Source of the DNA: Akkermansiaceae bacterium
Lineage (GTDB): Bacteria; Verrucomicrobiota; Verrucomicrobiia; Verrucomicrobiales; Akkermansiaceae
Assembly: GCA_051251915.1 (NCBI GenBank)
Contig: JBPOGF010000003.1
Coordinates: 1-64,000 of the forward strand
Direction of reading: 5' to 3'
Length of the DNA stretch: 64,000 bases
Shown: one piece after another, positions 33,697 through 44,900 of the stretch
How the letters are laid out: each line of letters opens with the position of its first letter
How positions within the stretch are numbered: the first letter of the stretch is position 1
The notes under the pieces: generated by a model
Seen by the model: the letters and a program-made list of their open reading frames with translations, nothing else
Databases searched by the model: none
Told to the model about the DNA's origin: nothing
Position numbers and translations under genes: made by a program

Positions 33697-36087
33697 ATGC
33701 TTTATTACATTGTCCATAGTATCATCTGGGTCTTGGGAATTATCTATGGGATTATTCCTTTGCTCACGGCTCATCTTTTCGGGTCGAGTGATAAGGAGCT
33801 TTACCCGGTAGATGACCACTTCAGTATGAGAATCATGATGTTGTTGGCATTGGCAACAGTGGGCTCATTGATTTGGAGTGTGAATGTGAAACTTGTGCAT
33901 AAGACTGAGCAGAGTTTTGCGCAGAAAACGAGCTGGGCATTAGGTATCCTTGGCGCAGAACTGACCTTAATTATTCTGGGGTATCTTCAAATTGTGACTG
34001 GCTATAGTTATTTTATTTTAGGTATCTCGGTGAACGTTGTGTTCTTCTGTGTGAACTTGGGAAATCTGGAGACTAGGGATGAATTCTCTTCTATTCTGCA
34101 CCGATTATACGCTTGGTTGGTAAGTAGAGCACGGTGGAATGCGGTGTTTTATATCGCGGTGTTTTTGATTTTGATTACGCATAACATGATGCTTATTTAT
34201 AATATGAGTAATGTTGATTTCTGGCCGAAATTTAGTTTGTTTTTTAATCGGTTCTTTAATCAAGTGGCTCTCATTTCTTTGTTGTACATCGTAATTCAGA
34301 GCTCGCTCTATGTGGCGCCCAAGTGGAGTCGCTCGATAATCTGGATTATCTCATCGATCATTCCATTGCTCATTATTTCTGATTATTATACCCACACTGT
34401 CTGGAATACGAGTATCATCAGCTTGATCAATTCGACAGGAATAGAGGGGTTTCTCGATATAGAAAATGCACTTAAAGGGGGAGGGATACAAACTCCTATC
34501 TTGCAGTTGGCATTGCTCTTGGGAGGTGGGTTGTTGGTGTTGTTTATGTTAGTTTGGCTGTGTAATATTTTGTCTAAAAGGTTCAATTGTATGTTGTCTC
34601 CTAGAACGGCGGTATTTGTGGCATTATTTAGTATTATGGGTGCGACGTTGGAGCAGTCAATTGGAGGAGTGTGGAAAAATACTCGAGATCAAGTGGTAGA
34701 GGCTTCTGAGTTTGATTTCCAGGTTTCGATCGTCAAGACATCTGCTATTCTAGCTGACTTTGAGGTTGAGTTTAAAGATCATTCTGCGGTGCAGAAGGCG
34801 ACAAGTCGGGAAATGAACTTCAAGCATAAGCCTGATATTTACCTTATTTTTATTGAGTCATTTAGGGCGGATGCGTTGACGGCCGAGGTCACTCCGGAGT
34901 TGTATCAGTTTCAATCTGAGGATGCGCAGGAGCTAGAGAAGTCTTGGGCGAGCTCGAATGGGACACATGTGTCTTGGTTTGGCACATTCACGGGGCGGTT
35001 GCCGGTGTATTGGAAATCTGATAGAGAGCTAAAAGAAGCAAATCAATGGCCAGGGCTGAATGCGTTTAGAGAATTTAAGGAATCAGGCTACGAGCTTGGA
35101 GCGTATATTGCGACGGAGTTGGAATACCGAAATATGGGTTTACAGTTCTTTGGTAAGCAGGGTGATATTTTCGCTACAATCCGTGATAATAGGGAAGATG
35201 ATCTTATCTATGAGCAGCCGATTCCGGAACGAGAGCGCATGTTATTTGAAGATTTAAAGGCACGTGTTCAGACGCGAGATGCAGGCGGTCATTTTGATAT
35301 TGTGGGACTGGATTCATCTCATTTTTATTATTCTTGGCATGAGGACTTTGAGCCACCATTCAATCCGTATTATACGTTTCCCTATTATTTACCAGCTAAC
35401 CCAGATGCAGCACAAATAAAGCTGGTAACGAATAAGTATCACAATTCGTTGGCTTGGTGTGATCACATTGTAGGGGATTTCCTGTCGTTTCTGAAGGAGG
35501 AGGGGAAGTACGATGATTCTATCGTGATTGTGCTGGGTGATCATGGTGAGGAGCTGCAGGATCATGGTGGGTGGTTGCATGTTTCTTCACTCGAGGAAGA
35601 GCAGATAAGGGTGCCGTTACTAATCAAGTGGCCTAAATCTTATGGAAGAGGAGTAGCGCAAGGGACTGCGAGCCAGCTGGACATCTTGCCTAGTCTCTTA
35701 GACTATTTAACAGATGGAGAGAGTAAACATTTACTTGATTTGGACTTTCCTGGGAACTCATTGTTGGAGAGTAATGATCAAACTATCATCGCTTATACTG
35801 GTATGGGTGGTAAGACGAAGGATGCACTTGTTTTTACTAGAGATGGCTACAAGGCGTATTTCTCATGGCTGGATTATTGGAACTGGAGGACATCAAATAA
35901 GATTAGTCTCACTCAGTTCTATGGGCCAGAAGGTAGGATTAGATTGGGATCAGATGAAGCGTATTTAGCGAAGCTGAAAGAGGTGTTCCCTGATGTCAAG
36001 GATCGGGTATTTGAGAGATTTGGTACACTTATGACAGACTGGGAGAGAGTAGATGAGTTGCCTGTTGAAGAGGTGGTTGAGCAATAA
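33697..36087 (+). CDS. Membrane-bound sulfatase-fold (LTA synthase/YejM-like) transferase
   Basis: Multi-TM N-terminus with IFIESFRAD, GDHGEE, RVPLLIKWP and SQLDILPS. Confidence 0.8.
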   Translation: MLYYIVHSIIWVLGIIYGIIPLLTAHLFGSSDKELYPVDDHFSMRIMMLLALATVGSLIWSVNVKLVHKTEQSFAQKTSWALGILGAELTLIILGYLQIVTGYSYFILGISVNVVFFCVNLGNLETRDEFSSILHRLYAWLVSRARWNAVFYIAVFLILITHNMMLIYNMSNVDFWPKFSLFFNRFFNQVALISLLYIVIQSSLYVAPKWSRSIIWIISSIIPLLIISDYYTHTVWNTSIISLINSTGIEGFLDIENALKGGGIQTPILQLALLLGGGLLVLFMLVWLCNILSKRFNCMLSPRTAVFVALFSIMGATLEQSIGGVWKNTRDQVVEASEFDFQVSIVKTSAILADFEVEFKDHSAVQKATSREMNFKHKPDIYLIFIESFRADALTAEVTPELYQFQSEDAQELEKSWASSNGTHVSWFGTFTGRLPVYWKSDRELKEANQWPGLNAFREFKESGYELGAYIATELEYRNMGLQFFGKQGDIFATIRDNREDDLIYEQPIPERERMLFEDLKARVQTRDAGGHFDIVGLDSSHFYYSWHEDFEPPFNPYYTFPYYLPANPDAAQIKLVTNKYHNSLAWCDHIVGDFLSFLKEEGKYDDSIVIVLGDHGEELQDHGGWLHVSSLEEEQIRVPLLIKWPKSYGRGVAQGTASQLDILPSLLDYLTDGESKHLLDLDFPGNSLLESNDQTIIAYTGMGGKTKDALVFTRDGYKAYFSWLDYWNWRTSNKISLTQFYGPEGRIRLGSDEAYLAKLKEVFPDVKDRVFERFGTLMTDWERVDELPVEEVVEQ

Positions 36088-36088
36088 A

Positions 36089-36118
36089 AAACGCAATCAG
36101 CTGAATGCTGATTGCGTT
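36089..36118. terminator. Terminator hairpin between convergent genes
   Basis: AACGCAATCAGC-tgaat-GCTGATTGCGTT. Confidence 0.8.
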
Positions 36119-36145
36119 AGGAAATTGATTAAAATTGGGTGTGGG

Positions 36146-36466
36146 TTAGCCTCCGATTTCAGTGCGGCCTGAGAGTGATGCTCCTTCGTCCATGCTGAGC
36201 ATCTTAGTTTTGATGTCTCCTTCTAGTTTACTGTGTGGTTTTAGCTCACAACGGTCAGATGTGATAGTTCCTTCCACGTTACCGAAGAGCTTCACTTCAC
36301 CAGCGATGATATCTCCCTTGATAGTAGCATTTTCGCCGATGGTGACGTGTCCTCCATCTGATCTGATTTCACCTTCGATTTTACCATCAATGATCATGTC
36401 GTTAGAGAACTTGATAGTTCCTACGATCTCAATCCCACTTGCGAGAACATTAGTTGCATTAGCCAT
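36146..36466 (-). CDS. Bactofilin (polymer-forming cytoskeletal protein)
   Basis: IDGKIEGEI..IGENATIKGDI..GNVEG beta-helix repeats. The start is MANAT at 36466. Confidence 0.9.
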   Translation of the reverse strand: MANATNVLASGIEIVGTIKFSNDMIIDGKIEGEIRSDGGHVTIGENATIKGDIIAGEVKLFGNVEGTITSDRCELKPHSKLEGDIKTKMLSMDEGASLSGRTEIGG

Positions 36467-36651
36467 ATGACACGGAATACTGCATGTTTTACCTATGAAA
36501 GCAATCAAATTTTAAAAAATTAGGGTGCAATATTTAATTCGAAGGAGCGATTTAAAATAATAGGTGATGAAGTTCATATTTTATGATAAGGATATAATAA
36601 CCAATTATTAATTATGTGCTGTTGGTATGCACAGAAACAAACACCATAAAA

Positions 36652-37392
36652 ATGAAAAAATTAATCACAAATTTAATAGTCATGTCTGCTACGGCATTTT
36701 CTCTTTCATCCTGTGGCGATGATAGCAAAAAAGATTCTGAAGGCTCAGGGGGAAGCAGTTCATCTACGCTGTCCGTAGAATCCAAGTTCGATGATTTAGG
36801 TCCAGATCTTCAGTCTGTATTATCAGCTGATGAGGTGAAGTCTATTTTAGATGTAAAAGATGAGATCAAGACGAAAGCACTTGATCATAAATCTTATGGT
36901 AATGTCAGCTACAGTTGGCCGTCTGATAGAACTGAGGAGCTTAAAGTAGGTGGTAATTCAATGGTCATGAAGAAGAATAACATGGTGAGGCTTGTTATTC
37001 CGAAGGAGTTAGAACTCTATGGCATGACTGATCACTTATCTGCTTTCAATCATCAGTATAAAGAAATTACACCAGAGCAGATGGAGAAAGCTAAAAATAT
37101 GATGGCTGATATCAAAGCACGTAAAGAAAAAGAGGCTGGGCTCACTCCGAGCGAGACGGAGAAAAAGGTGTCTGGCTCGCTAATGAATGGCATAGCGGGG
37201 GCTGCATTGAAGCTAGAGTATGAAGCTGTGAGTGGTCTGGGTGATGCAGCTAAGTGGGAGAAATCTGGGAAGAATCTTATCATCTTAGATGGCGATAAAA
37301 TAGTGACAATTCTTTGCGATATAAATGATGAGAATGATGTCTGCCGAGATTCAGCAATAAAAATTGCAAAGCAGGTCTATAGTAATCTTTAA
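36652..37392 (+). CDS. Lipoprotein, hypothetical
   Basis: MKKL...SLSSC lipobox and VSGLGDAAKW. Confidence 0.75.
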   Translation: MKKLITNLIVMSATAFSLSSCGDDSKKDSEGSGGSSSSTLSVESKFDDLGPDLQSVLSADEVKSILDVKDEIKTKALDHKSYGNVSYSWPSDRTEELKVGGNSMVMKKNNMVRLVIPKELELYGMTDHLSAFNHQYKEITPEQMEKAKNMMADIKARKEKEAGLTPSETEKKVSGSLMNGIAGAALKLEYEAVSGLGDAAKWEKSGKNLIILDGDKIVTILCDINDENDVCRDSAIKIAKQVYSNL

Positions 37393-37413
37393 GGTCTGCC
37401 TACGGTAAATGGT

Positions 37414-37851
37414 CTACTTTCCAGGCTGACACCAGCGATCTCGCCATTCTTTTGGTAATCGCTGGGGTCTACTTGGCTTGTCGCCTTTTCCCATTTGCAC
37501 CATAGCGAGTGATTGGCGGCAGGTAATAAGGCATTTTTCTACTCCTTCAGCGTAGATCTCGAAAGCACACCAAAATTTTACTTTTTCTACAGAATCTAGC
37601 CTGCCTTTGATGGTGAGTTTGTGCCCGAGAGTGGCAGGCGATCGGTAGTCAACCTCAGTGCGAAGCACTACTGGGAAGAGGCCGGAGTCTGCCATGTGCT
37701 TGAGATTAAGACCTAATTTCTCTGTCGCAAGCTTGGTGCGGCAGGTTTCAATCATGCGTAGGTATGCGAGGTTATGTACGACACCCCCAATATCTGTGTC
37801 GAAAAACATCACTTCTTCTTGTGTTGTGAAACTGGGCAATTCTGAATTCAT
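37414..37851 (-). CDS. YbgC/FadM family acyl-CoA thioesterase
   Basis: DTDIGGVVHNLAYL and DYRSPA. The start is MNSEL at 37851. Confidence 0.88.
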   Translation of the reverse strand: MNSELPSFTTQEEVMFFDTDIGGVVHNLAYLRMIETCRTKLATEKLGLNLKHMADSGLFPVVLRTEVDYRSPATLGHKLTIKGRLDSVEKVKFWCAFEIYAEGVEKCLITCRQSLAMVQMGKGDKPSRPQRLPKEWRDRWCQPGK

Positions 37852-37968
37852 AGCGGGATGATACTTGGTCGGATAAAAATTTAAAGCATGGATCTTGCTG
37901 TGGTGCAGACTTCCGTGTAGGGTATTGGTAAAGAATACGTAAAAACCCACGTAAACTAAAATAAGATT

Positions 37969-39801
37969 ATGAAGTATACTTTATTAGCCGCCACATTTTC
38001 TATAGCTTGTAATGGCATGGTTTACGCTGAGGAGAACTATGTTGCTCCGAAAGCTAACAAAATCATGTTCCATGTGGACAAGTTACCTCTGGATAAGGGA
38101 ATGCGTGAGAAATTATCGGCTAATCTTATTGTTTTAGCGAAACGTGAGCATGATGGCACTGCTCGTGAGCATAGGCTTACGGCACAGATCTTGATGCTGG
38201 CGATGAGGATAGACCGTGATAACAAGTCGGCCTATGAGCTGAATAAGAGCTTGATAGATGGCAAGAAGTTGCCTGTTTCTGATGTTAAAGCGAAAGTTCA
38301 AGCTTTGGACAAATTGAGATACTCGATCAATCACCTGTCTAAAACTGATCGTCTCAGTGAGGCTAGGGTGTTGGAGGTCTATTTGAAGGATATCCTTATA
38401 GGGCTTGATCAGAACAACCCACTAACAGCTACGCATAAAGAAAATCAACATCGATGGTCTGGGATTGTTCCTGCTTATGTTAGAAACAGCAATGATATAA
38501 ATAGACCAGATGTGCGTCAAGAGCCAGAGCCGACTGTGGAGCAACCAGAAGTGACTAACACTGGAGAAGCAATGGCAAACACGCCAGACATAGTGGATAG
38601 TGTAGGAGGTAATGAAGAGGCGGGCAATAATCTGGAATTAGCTCCAGAAGTAAAGAAGACAGAATTCACCAAATGGAATAAGCACATTAGTTCAATATCA
38701 ACACCCTTGATATTAGTAGATAAGGTAGATGGCTATGATAAGTACAGGACTGAAATGGTGGCGTTGGAAACTCTGATTTCTCCTAGAGTAAAACTTGAAT
38801 CTGATCTAAGTCTTGAGATGAAGCCATGGATCGATGGTGATAAATTAGGAACATTTAGGAATCGATTAAAGCCTATGATAAAAGCTCAATTTGGTGAGTT
38901 TGAATCGCTCAAAGTGGAGGTCACGACTAAGGGGTATCTCAGTACTAAAAACCAACAAACCATTTTGCTGCCGTTATGCCTGCAACTGATGGCATCTGAA
39001 CAGAGTATAGAAGTCAGCAAAGGGATGGCGGTGCTAGGTAAACTAGATGGAGAAAACATTACTCGTCAGTCAGATTTCTGGCATCTTCTTAAGATATTTC
39101 GCAAAAACAAATCTGCGAAGCAGCGGCTTCTTGTTCCATACAGTGCGGAGCCAGATCTAAAGCAGCTAGTGGCCCTAGAAGAGGAAGATTTCTTTGTTAA
39201 CTATGAAGTGATCCTCGTTTCTAAGGTAGATGGGGCTGTGGATAATTTAGGCTTAAGTAAGAATACGAATATTAGTGAGGCATCTGAAGAATTTTCTAAA
39301 ATTCAAGATATGATTGGTAGCAAATCAGTTGGGCCATTTGCAGTAAATAAGAAAGTGCGTGCTAAGTTGGAGTCGATTTTGAGCAAGAATCCCAATCATC
39401 TTTCAGCAAAAATGATTTTGCTCAGGGGGGATGTTGGGAGGTCCAAAAAGCTAGACACCTATTTTGTAGCGGTTGAGTTTTCTAAGATTATGACTGAGAT
39501 ATCTTATCTTTTTGACAATAAAGAGCCTCATATAGATAGTAATTCTATCATGGCTAAAGCCAAGAAAATGAATACTTTAGTGGAAGAACTTGAGCAATTC
39601 ATTGATGCAGATGATCGAGAACTTGCGGGATATCTGACAGATATGGTTGATTACCTTGAAACTATTAGTCGGACTAAAGAAAAGCGAGAATCGATTGCAG
39701 TTCAGAGAACTTTGGCAGCTGCGTTGAATGATTTTAAGCTCAAATATAAGGAGGCTAAAGCCCGTTTTGATGAGATTTTGAGCAAGCCTCCGACTATTTA
39801 A
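37969..39801 (+). CDS. Secreted hypothetical protein, possibly with a degenerate Lon-C/S16-like central domain
   Basis: Signal peptide (VYA|EE) and AVLGKLDG...LLVP...EPDL. Confidence 0.6.
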   Translation: MKYTLLAATFSIACNGMVYAEENYVAPKANKIMFHVDKLPLDKGMREKLSANLIVLAKREHDGTAREHRLTAQILMLAMRIDRDNKSAYELNKSLIDGKKLPVSDVKAKVQALDKLRYSINHLSKTDRLSEARVLEVYLKDILIGLDQNNPLTATHKENQHRWSGIVPAYVRNSNDINRPDVRQEPEPTVEQPEVTNTGEAMANTPDIVDSVGGNEEAGNNLELAPEVKKTEFTKWNKHISSISTPLILVDKVDGYDKYRTEMVALETLISPRVKLESDLSLEMKPWIDGDKLGTFRNRLKPMIKAQFGEFESLKVEVTTKGYLSTKNQQTILLPLCLQLMASEQSIEVSKGMAVLGKLDGENITRQSDFWHLLKIFRKNKSAKQRLLVPYSAEPDLKQLVALEEEDFFVNYEVILVSKVDGAVDNLGLSKNTNISEASEEFSKIQDMIGSKSVGPFAVNKKVRAKLESILSKNPNHLSAKMILLRGDVGRSKKLDTYFVAVEFSKIMTEISYLFDNKEPHIDSNSIMAKAKKMNTLVEELEQFIDADDRELAGYLTDMVDYLETISRTKEKRESIAVQRTLAAALNDFKLKYKEAKARFDEILSKPPTI

Positions 39802-40035
39802 CCCGGATAGGCTCAGTTGTTTTCGGTTGCCACTATCCAATTAAGGGTCACCTGAATTTTTTAAAATATAGTGTAATTATGCTTCATTTTAGGCGGATGT
39901 CGTATCATTTTTATTGAAATAACTATTGCATTAACCTTCAATTTTGCCAAACTAACCCCCAGAATTACAAAAATTATCATAGAACCAAGACATTCCCCTA
40001 AGTAATACGTTCAAAAGTTTTTTATAAATTAAGCC

Positions 40036-41604
40036 ATGAAACCTCTCTTTATCCTTTTCGCATTTGCCGCTATAGTAGCATTTGGGGTTACCTGTGTAAC
40101 TTCTATGTTCAAGGATTATATTGAGGATCACATAGCTGCTAAGACCAGGGCTGAGATAGATAAAAGCGAGAACTATACTGTTGTTGAGCAAATAAGCACA
40201 GATCATTTCCACGTAAAAGAGGTGAAGGTTCGGTCTCAGCGACCAGTTGCTATGGAAGAAGCTGATCTGGTTAAGAAAGAAATTATTGGTATGATTGACC
40301 CATTGTTAGGGGTTTATGCACAAGACTGTGAGGTCATTTTGGTAAATACAGATTTGAAGAATGCTGCTGATCAGATAGACGGTCCAGGTGAGGAACTTGC
40401 CGAGATTCCTAAAGATGGACCACCGCCGCCTAGTGAAACTCTAGATCTAACAATAGAGAAAGAACCTGCGAGCTTCTCAGTTCTATGGAACGAGAAAGAA
40501 AATGAACTTCTTTTCAAAGGTAAACAAACCAATAAACATGCAGGAGCTGAGTTAAGAAAGTTTTTTAAGGAAGCTAAAAAAGACCCTAATATACGGTCTG
40601 AAATAAAAATCGATACTAAGAAAGTAGCCAATTCACAATATCTTAAGAGGTCATTGAGAGAAATCCGATTACTAATTATAAACTCTCAAGGCGATCTGCG
40701 AATTGATTTTCAGGATGCACTCAAAACAGAGGAAGGTCAGAAAAAAGGATTTTTGAAATTTGTCGGAACTACGGGAACGCTCGAGCTGTATAATGTTCTT
40801 TCATCAAGTATTAAGAACCTTGAGAGTGACGATTTCGAAGTGCAAAATCAATTGGTATTTTACCCATATGTATCCATCAAAAAGGATGCAATGAAAGAGA
40901 AAATAATTCTGACTGGATGTGTGAAAGATAAGATGGAGCAATCGATGTTGGGATCAAATGCAGGTAGGGATGTGGCGAATAATTTCAGCACAGACAACCA
41001 ACTAATTGCTCATGATCGTTGCTTAGACATAATATGGCATGACGAGTATGCAGAAACACTCATCGCTAAGCACATGAATAAGGTGGCAGATGGCGAGATC
41101 ATTTATCGTAACAATAAACTCTTCTCACTGAGTGGAGTTTCTCATGACAAAGACTATGTCAATGAGGTGATGAATGCATATAGTGATATCGTGAATAAAC
41201 TGACCTACGAAGATCCTCCAAGAAAGCAAATAAACCTAGTAGAGCCTGATCCGGTCAGACCAGAAACTCTTGCAGAGCAGTTAGATGATTATAAAATTTA
41301 TTTTGAAAGTGGAAAATCTCAGGTTGATCCACGTTACAATACTCAATTAGAGGAAGTAACAAAAAAGATAAGAGAAAATGCTGATAAGGAATCTCAAATA
41401 GTAGTAGGTGGATATGCGGACACAAGCGGGTCTGCGGCGCAGAATAAGATACTTAGTCTCAAAAGAGCACGGGCAGTGATGGTTATTCTTGTAGGTAATG
41501 GTGTGGATGAAGACAGGATCCAGGTAGCATTTTTCGGAGCGGAGTCTGATGGTAAGACAAAGGCAGAAAGCCGTAGAGTAGAAATAAAAGTTAGAAAGAA
41601 ATAA
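40036..41604 (+). CDS. Membrane-anchored OmpA-family protein with BON-like domains
   Basis: N-terminal TM helix, IILTGCV/LSGV repeats and C-terminal IYFESG..GYADTSG..N..LS.KRA..SRRVEI. Confidence 0.85.
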   Translation: MKPLFILFAFAAIVAFGVTCVTSMFKDYIEDHIAAKTRAEIDKSENYTVVEQISTDHFHVKEVKVRSQRPVAMEEADLVKKEIIGMIDPLLGVYAQDCEVILVNTDLKNAADQIDGPGEELAEIPKDGPPPPSETLDLTIEKEPASFSVLWNEKENELLFKGKQTNKHAGAELRKFFKEAKKDPNIRSEIKIDTKKVANSQYLKRSLREIRLLIINSQGDLRIDFQDALKTEEGQKKGFLKFVGTTGTLELYNVLSSSIKNLESDDFEVQNQLVFYPYVSIKKDAMKEKIILTGCVKDKMEQSMLGSNAGRDVANNFSTDNQLIAHDRCLDIIWHDEYAETLIAKHMNKVADGEIIYRNNKLFSLSGVSHDKDYVNEVMNAYSDIVNKLTYEDPPRKQINLVEPDPVRPETLAEQLDDYKIYFESGKSQVDPRYNTQLEEVTKKIRENADKESQIVVGGYADTSGSAAQNKILSLKRARAVMVILVGNGVDEDRIQVAFFGAESDGKTKAESRRVEIKVRKK

Positions 41605-41606
41605 TT

Positions 41607-41897
41607 ATGATCGCATTTTTTACATACAACGACGTAAGCAAATATTTTCAGCAGAACCTCATCGCTGGAGTGATCCTGGTAGGTTTTATCTTTTTCATAC
41701 TGGGCTGGATTATTAGCAGATTAATGCGCCCTTCTACCTACATGATTGAGGAAGAAATTCATAATATTAAGAAGCATATTATATCAGATTTGAATACTTC
41801 AAAGAAATTTAATGCCGACTATCAGTTACTTGCTAAGAAAGAAAAGTATAAAGAAGCAAAAGAGCAAGAAGCGCAAAAGAAGGAAGTAGCATCATAA
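41607..41897 (+). CDS. Small single-TM protein
   Basis: FFILGWIISR TM segment; 2 nt downstream of the OmpA gene. Confidence 0.7.
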   Translation: MIAFFTYNDVSKYFQQNLIAGVILVGFIFFILGWIISRLMRPSTYMIEEEIHNIKKHIISDLNTSKKFNADYQLLAKKEKYKEAKEQEAQKKEVAS

Positions 41898-41984
41898 TTT
41901 CTTTGTTTAATAGTAAAGAAGTTCATACCCTCAAAAATTAACAAATCCCCCTTAAATATAATACCCCCATTTATCACCACTATC

Positions 41985-44900
41985 ATGAATGCATTGAACG
42001 AGACTTTATACATTGCTTTTTTTATCGGCACCGCTGGAATCGTGGCTGTTCTATTCTACATGTTAGGACAGTGGCTTGAGCGCTTGTCCTCAGGAAGACG
42101 TAATAAATCTGTTGTAAAATCACTGATCAGTAACCAGCGATTGGCGAAGGAGCTTAGTCATGAAAGTACTATTCACAGAAGAATAGCAGATCGTTATAGG
42201 GAAGCATTTGATAAGAAAGAAACTTATTGGCAAACAGTTAGAGGCAGGTGGCAAGAAGAGGCTGATAAGGCAAAAAAGATCATTTCTAAGCAAGAAACAG
42301 ACCGCTCCAACGACCTCGTTGAACTCCAAGAATCCAACAAGAAGCTTTTAGCGCTAGAAAATGACTTCAAAAAGCTCAAGCGCACGAGCGATAATGAACT
42401 CACCGAGTTAAAAAGCACAAATGTAGAGGAGTCTGAGATAAAAAGAACAGAGGTAGAGGCTAAGAAAAACCAAGAAGAGCTTCAGAGCCTCATTGATGCA
42501 GAGCTATCTAATGTTGCTACATTGACTAAGCAGTTAGAGAAGAAGGAAGAAAAGATTTCAAAACTCGAACAGGTCATACATCGTAAGAATAATGATCTCA
42601 ATGAATTGAAACATTTGAGACAAAATAGTGATGAAGAAATAGAGCAGAAATTTAAAACTCTATCAGCTAATTTTGCAGAAAAAGAAAAACAATACGAAGT
42701 ACTCACAGCTAATCTTAAGACACGAAATGAAGAAATAGATAAGCTGCAATCAAAGCTTGCGGATAACGATAAGCAAATCACAATATTGCAATCTAAAGCT
42801 CAAGAAGCGGATACAGCGGCTGACCTAAAAGGGAGAGTCTTTATGAGTGAGACACAACTCTTAGAGAAAGACCAAGAGTGCAAAAAAATTGCCGGTAAAC
42901 TTGACCAAACCAAGCACGACTTAGATCAATTAAAAGTAGAGCTTAATAGCAAGAACCAGAAACTAGCAGCACTTGTGGCGCAAGCTGAGGACACTTCTCG
43001 AATAGATGCTCTCACAGCTAAAGTGGATGAGTATGAGAAAGTGCTTGCTGAGAGAGATGAGCAGCTCACTCAGTTGCAGCAGAAACACGAGTCAGTTGAA
43101 GCTTCATTCAATGACCAGGCGAAGCGCATTGAGGATCTCAATAAAGAAGGATCACTCAAGCAGGATGAGCTTGAAAACTTAAGGGAGGAACTCTCTAGTA
43201 AAGCTGAGGTTTTGAATGGAATCCAGAACCAGATCAAACAGCTAGAGTCAACTATCTCAGCTAAAGACGAGAACATAGCGCAGCTTAAGAGTCAGCTAGA
43301 AGATACTTCACAGGTAGACCAGCTAAACTCGCAGCTAGAAACTCTAAGCAATGAAATCAAAGAGAGAGACGAACAATTAGCAGTGGTGCATCAAGAAAAC
43401 TCTCAGAAGAATCAAGCGATACAGGCGCTTGAAGAGAAGCTCGAGTCAAGTAATCAGGAACTCAATGAAGTACGTGGGGCACTTAATCAAGAGAAGCATC
43501 AGGTGCAAACACTCTTTGCTAAAGTAGAAGATAAAAGTGAATTAGAAGAGCTAGGTAAAAAACTGGCATTATTCCAAGGTCAGGTGTCCGAAAAAGATAA
43601 CGCACTAGCTAAGCTCCAGCAAAAGCTAGGTGAGGAACAATCTCATGCAACCACTCTCAAGTCCGCTTTAGAGGACAGAGAACGTGAATGTGATCAACAT
43701 AAAAATCATATCCTCAGTCTAGAAAGTAAGGAAGATGATGCCAATGTTATTCAGCAGCTCGAAAAGCAAGTAGAAACGCTCAAAGCGAATAACGATAATC
43801 ATTCGTCACTGCTCAATAGCGCTCAGGCAAATCTCATAGCTAAGACTAATGACGTTTCTAAAATTAAGCAACAAATGGAAAGCATGCTTAGAGAGAAGAA
43901 CCAAGTTATTGGATCACTTGGTGATGATAATCGAACGCTGAATAACAAGCAGCAGGAATTAAAGGAACAGGCTAAAAATCAAGCAGCTGAGATTAGCCAT
44001 CTTTCGGAACATAATCAAGGTAAGCAAGACCGTATTGATGAACTCGAACGTTCACTTCATGGAGTTCAGGAAAAACTGATTCATAAAGAGCAGAAGCTAG
44101 TTAAGCTTAACGACCAGTTTAATACGGTTACTCACGAGAAAGATAGCGCTTACGATAAACTCCGTAAGGATAAAGCTGAAATTGATAACCAGCGTAAAGG
44201 CTTAGAAAATCACATCGCTCATCTCGGTGGAGAAATACAGAACCTTAAGGAGCATAATCAGGGTAAGCAAAATCGTATAGATGAACTAGAAGGTATGCTC
44301 CATGGAGTGAATGAGAACTTGGGTCATAAAGAAGGTGAAATAGCAAAGCTTCATGATCAACTTAATTCAGTCATTAGTGAGAAAGATGGTGTCATTGCCA
44401 CACTCGGCCAAGAGAAAGGAAACTTGGAGAATGATCGTAATGCATTACAGCAACGCGTGACTGGTCTTGAAGGTGAAATCACGGATTTAAAAGAGCATAA
44501 CCAGGGCCATCAAACTCGGATCGATGAACTAGGTGTTCAGATCAAGTCTATCACTGAAGAGAAGGACGTAGCACTTGGTACACTCGGTAAAGAGAAAGGG
44601 GATTTGGAAAATAGTCATAACGCATTACAGAAACGTGTTACCGATTTCGAAGGTGAGATCAGTCATCTGAAAGAGCACAATCAAGGTAAGCAGAACCGCA
44701 TAGACGAGTTAGAGGGAATGCTTCACGGAGTGAAAGAAACTCTCACACATAAAGAAGGTGAGCTCTCTCATGTGCATCATCAAATCAAGTCTCTGACAGA
44801 CGAGAAAAACGCAGCCCTCACTTCATTAGGCAATCAGAAATCTGATCTAGAGAACAAGCACAATGCGCTGCAACAGCGTCTCACAAAACTTGATGAGGAG

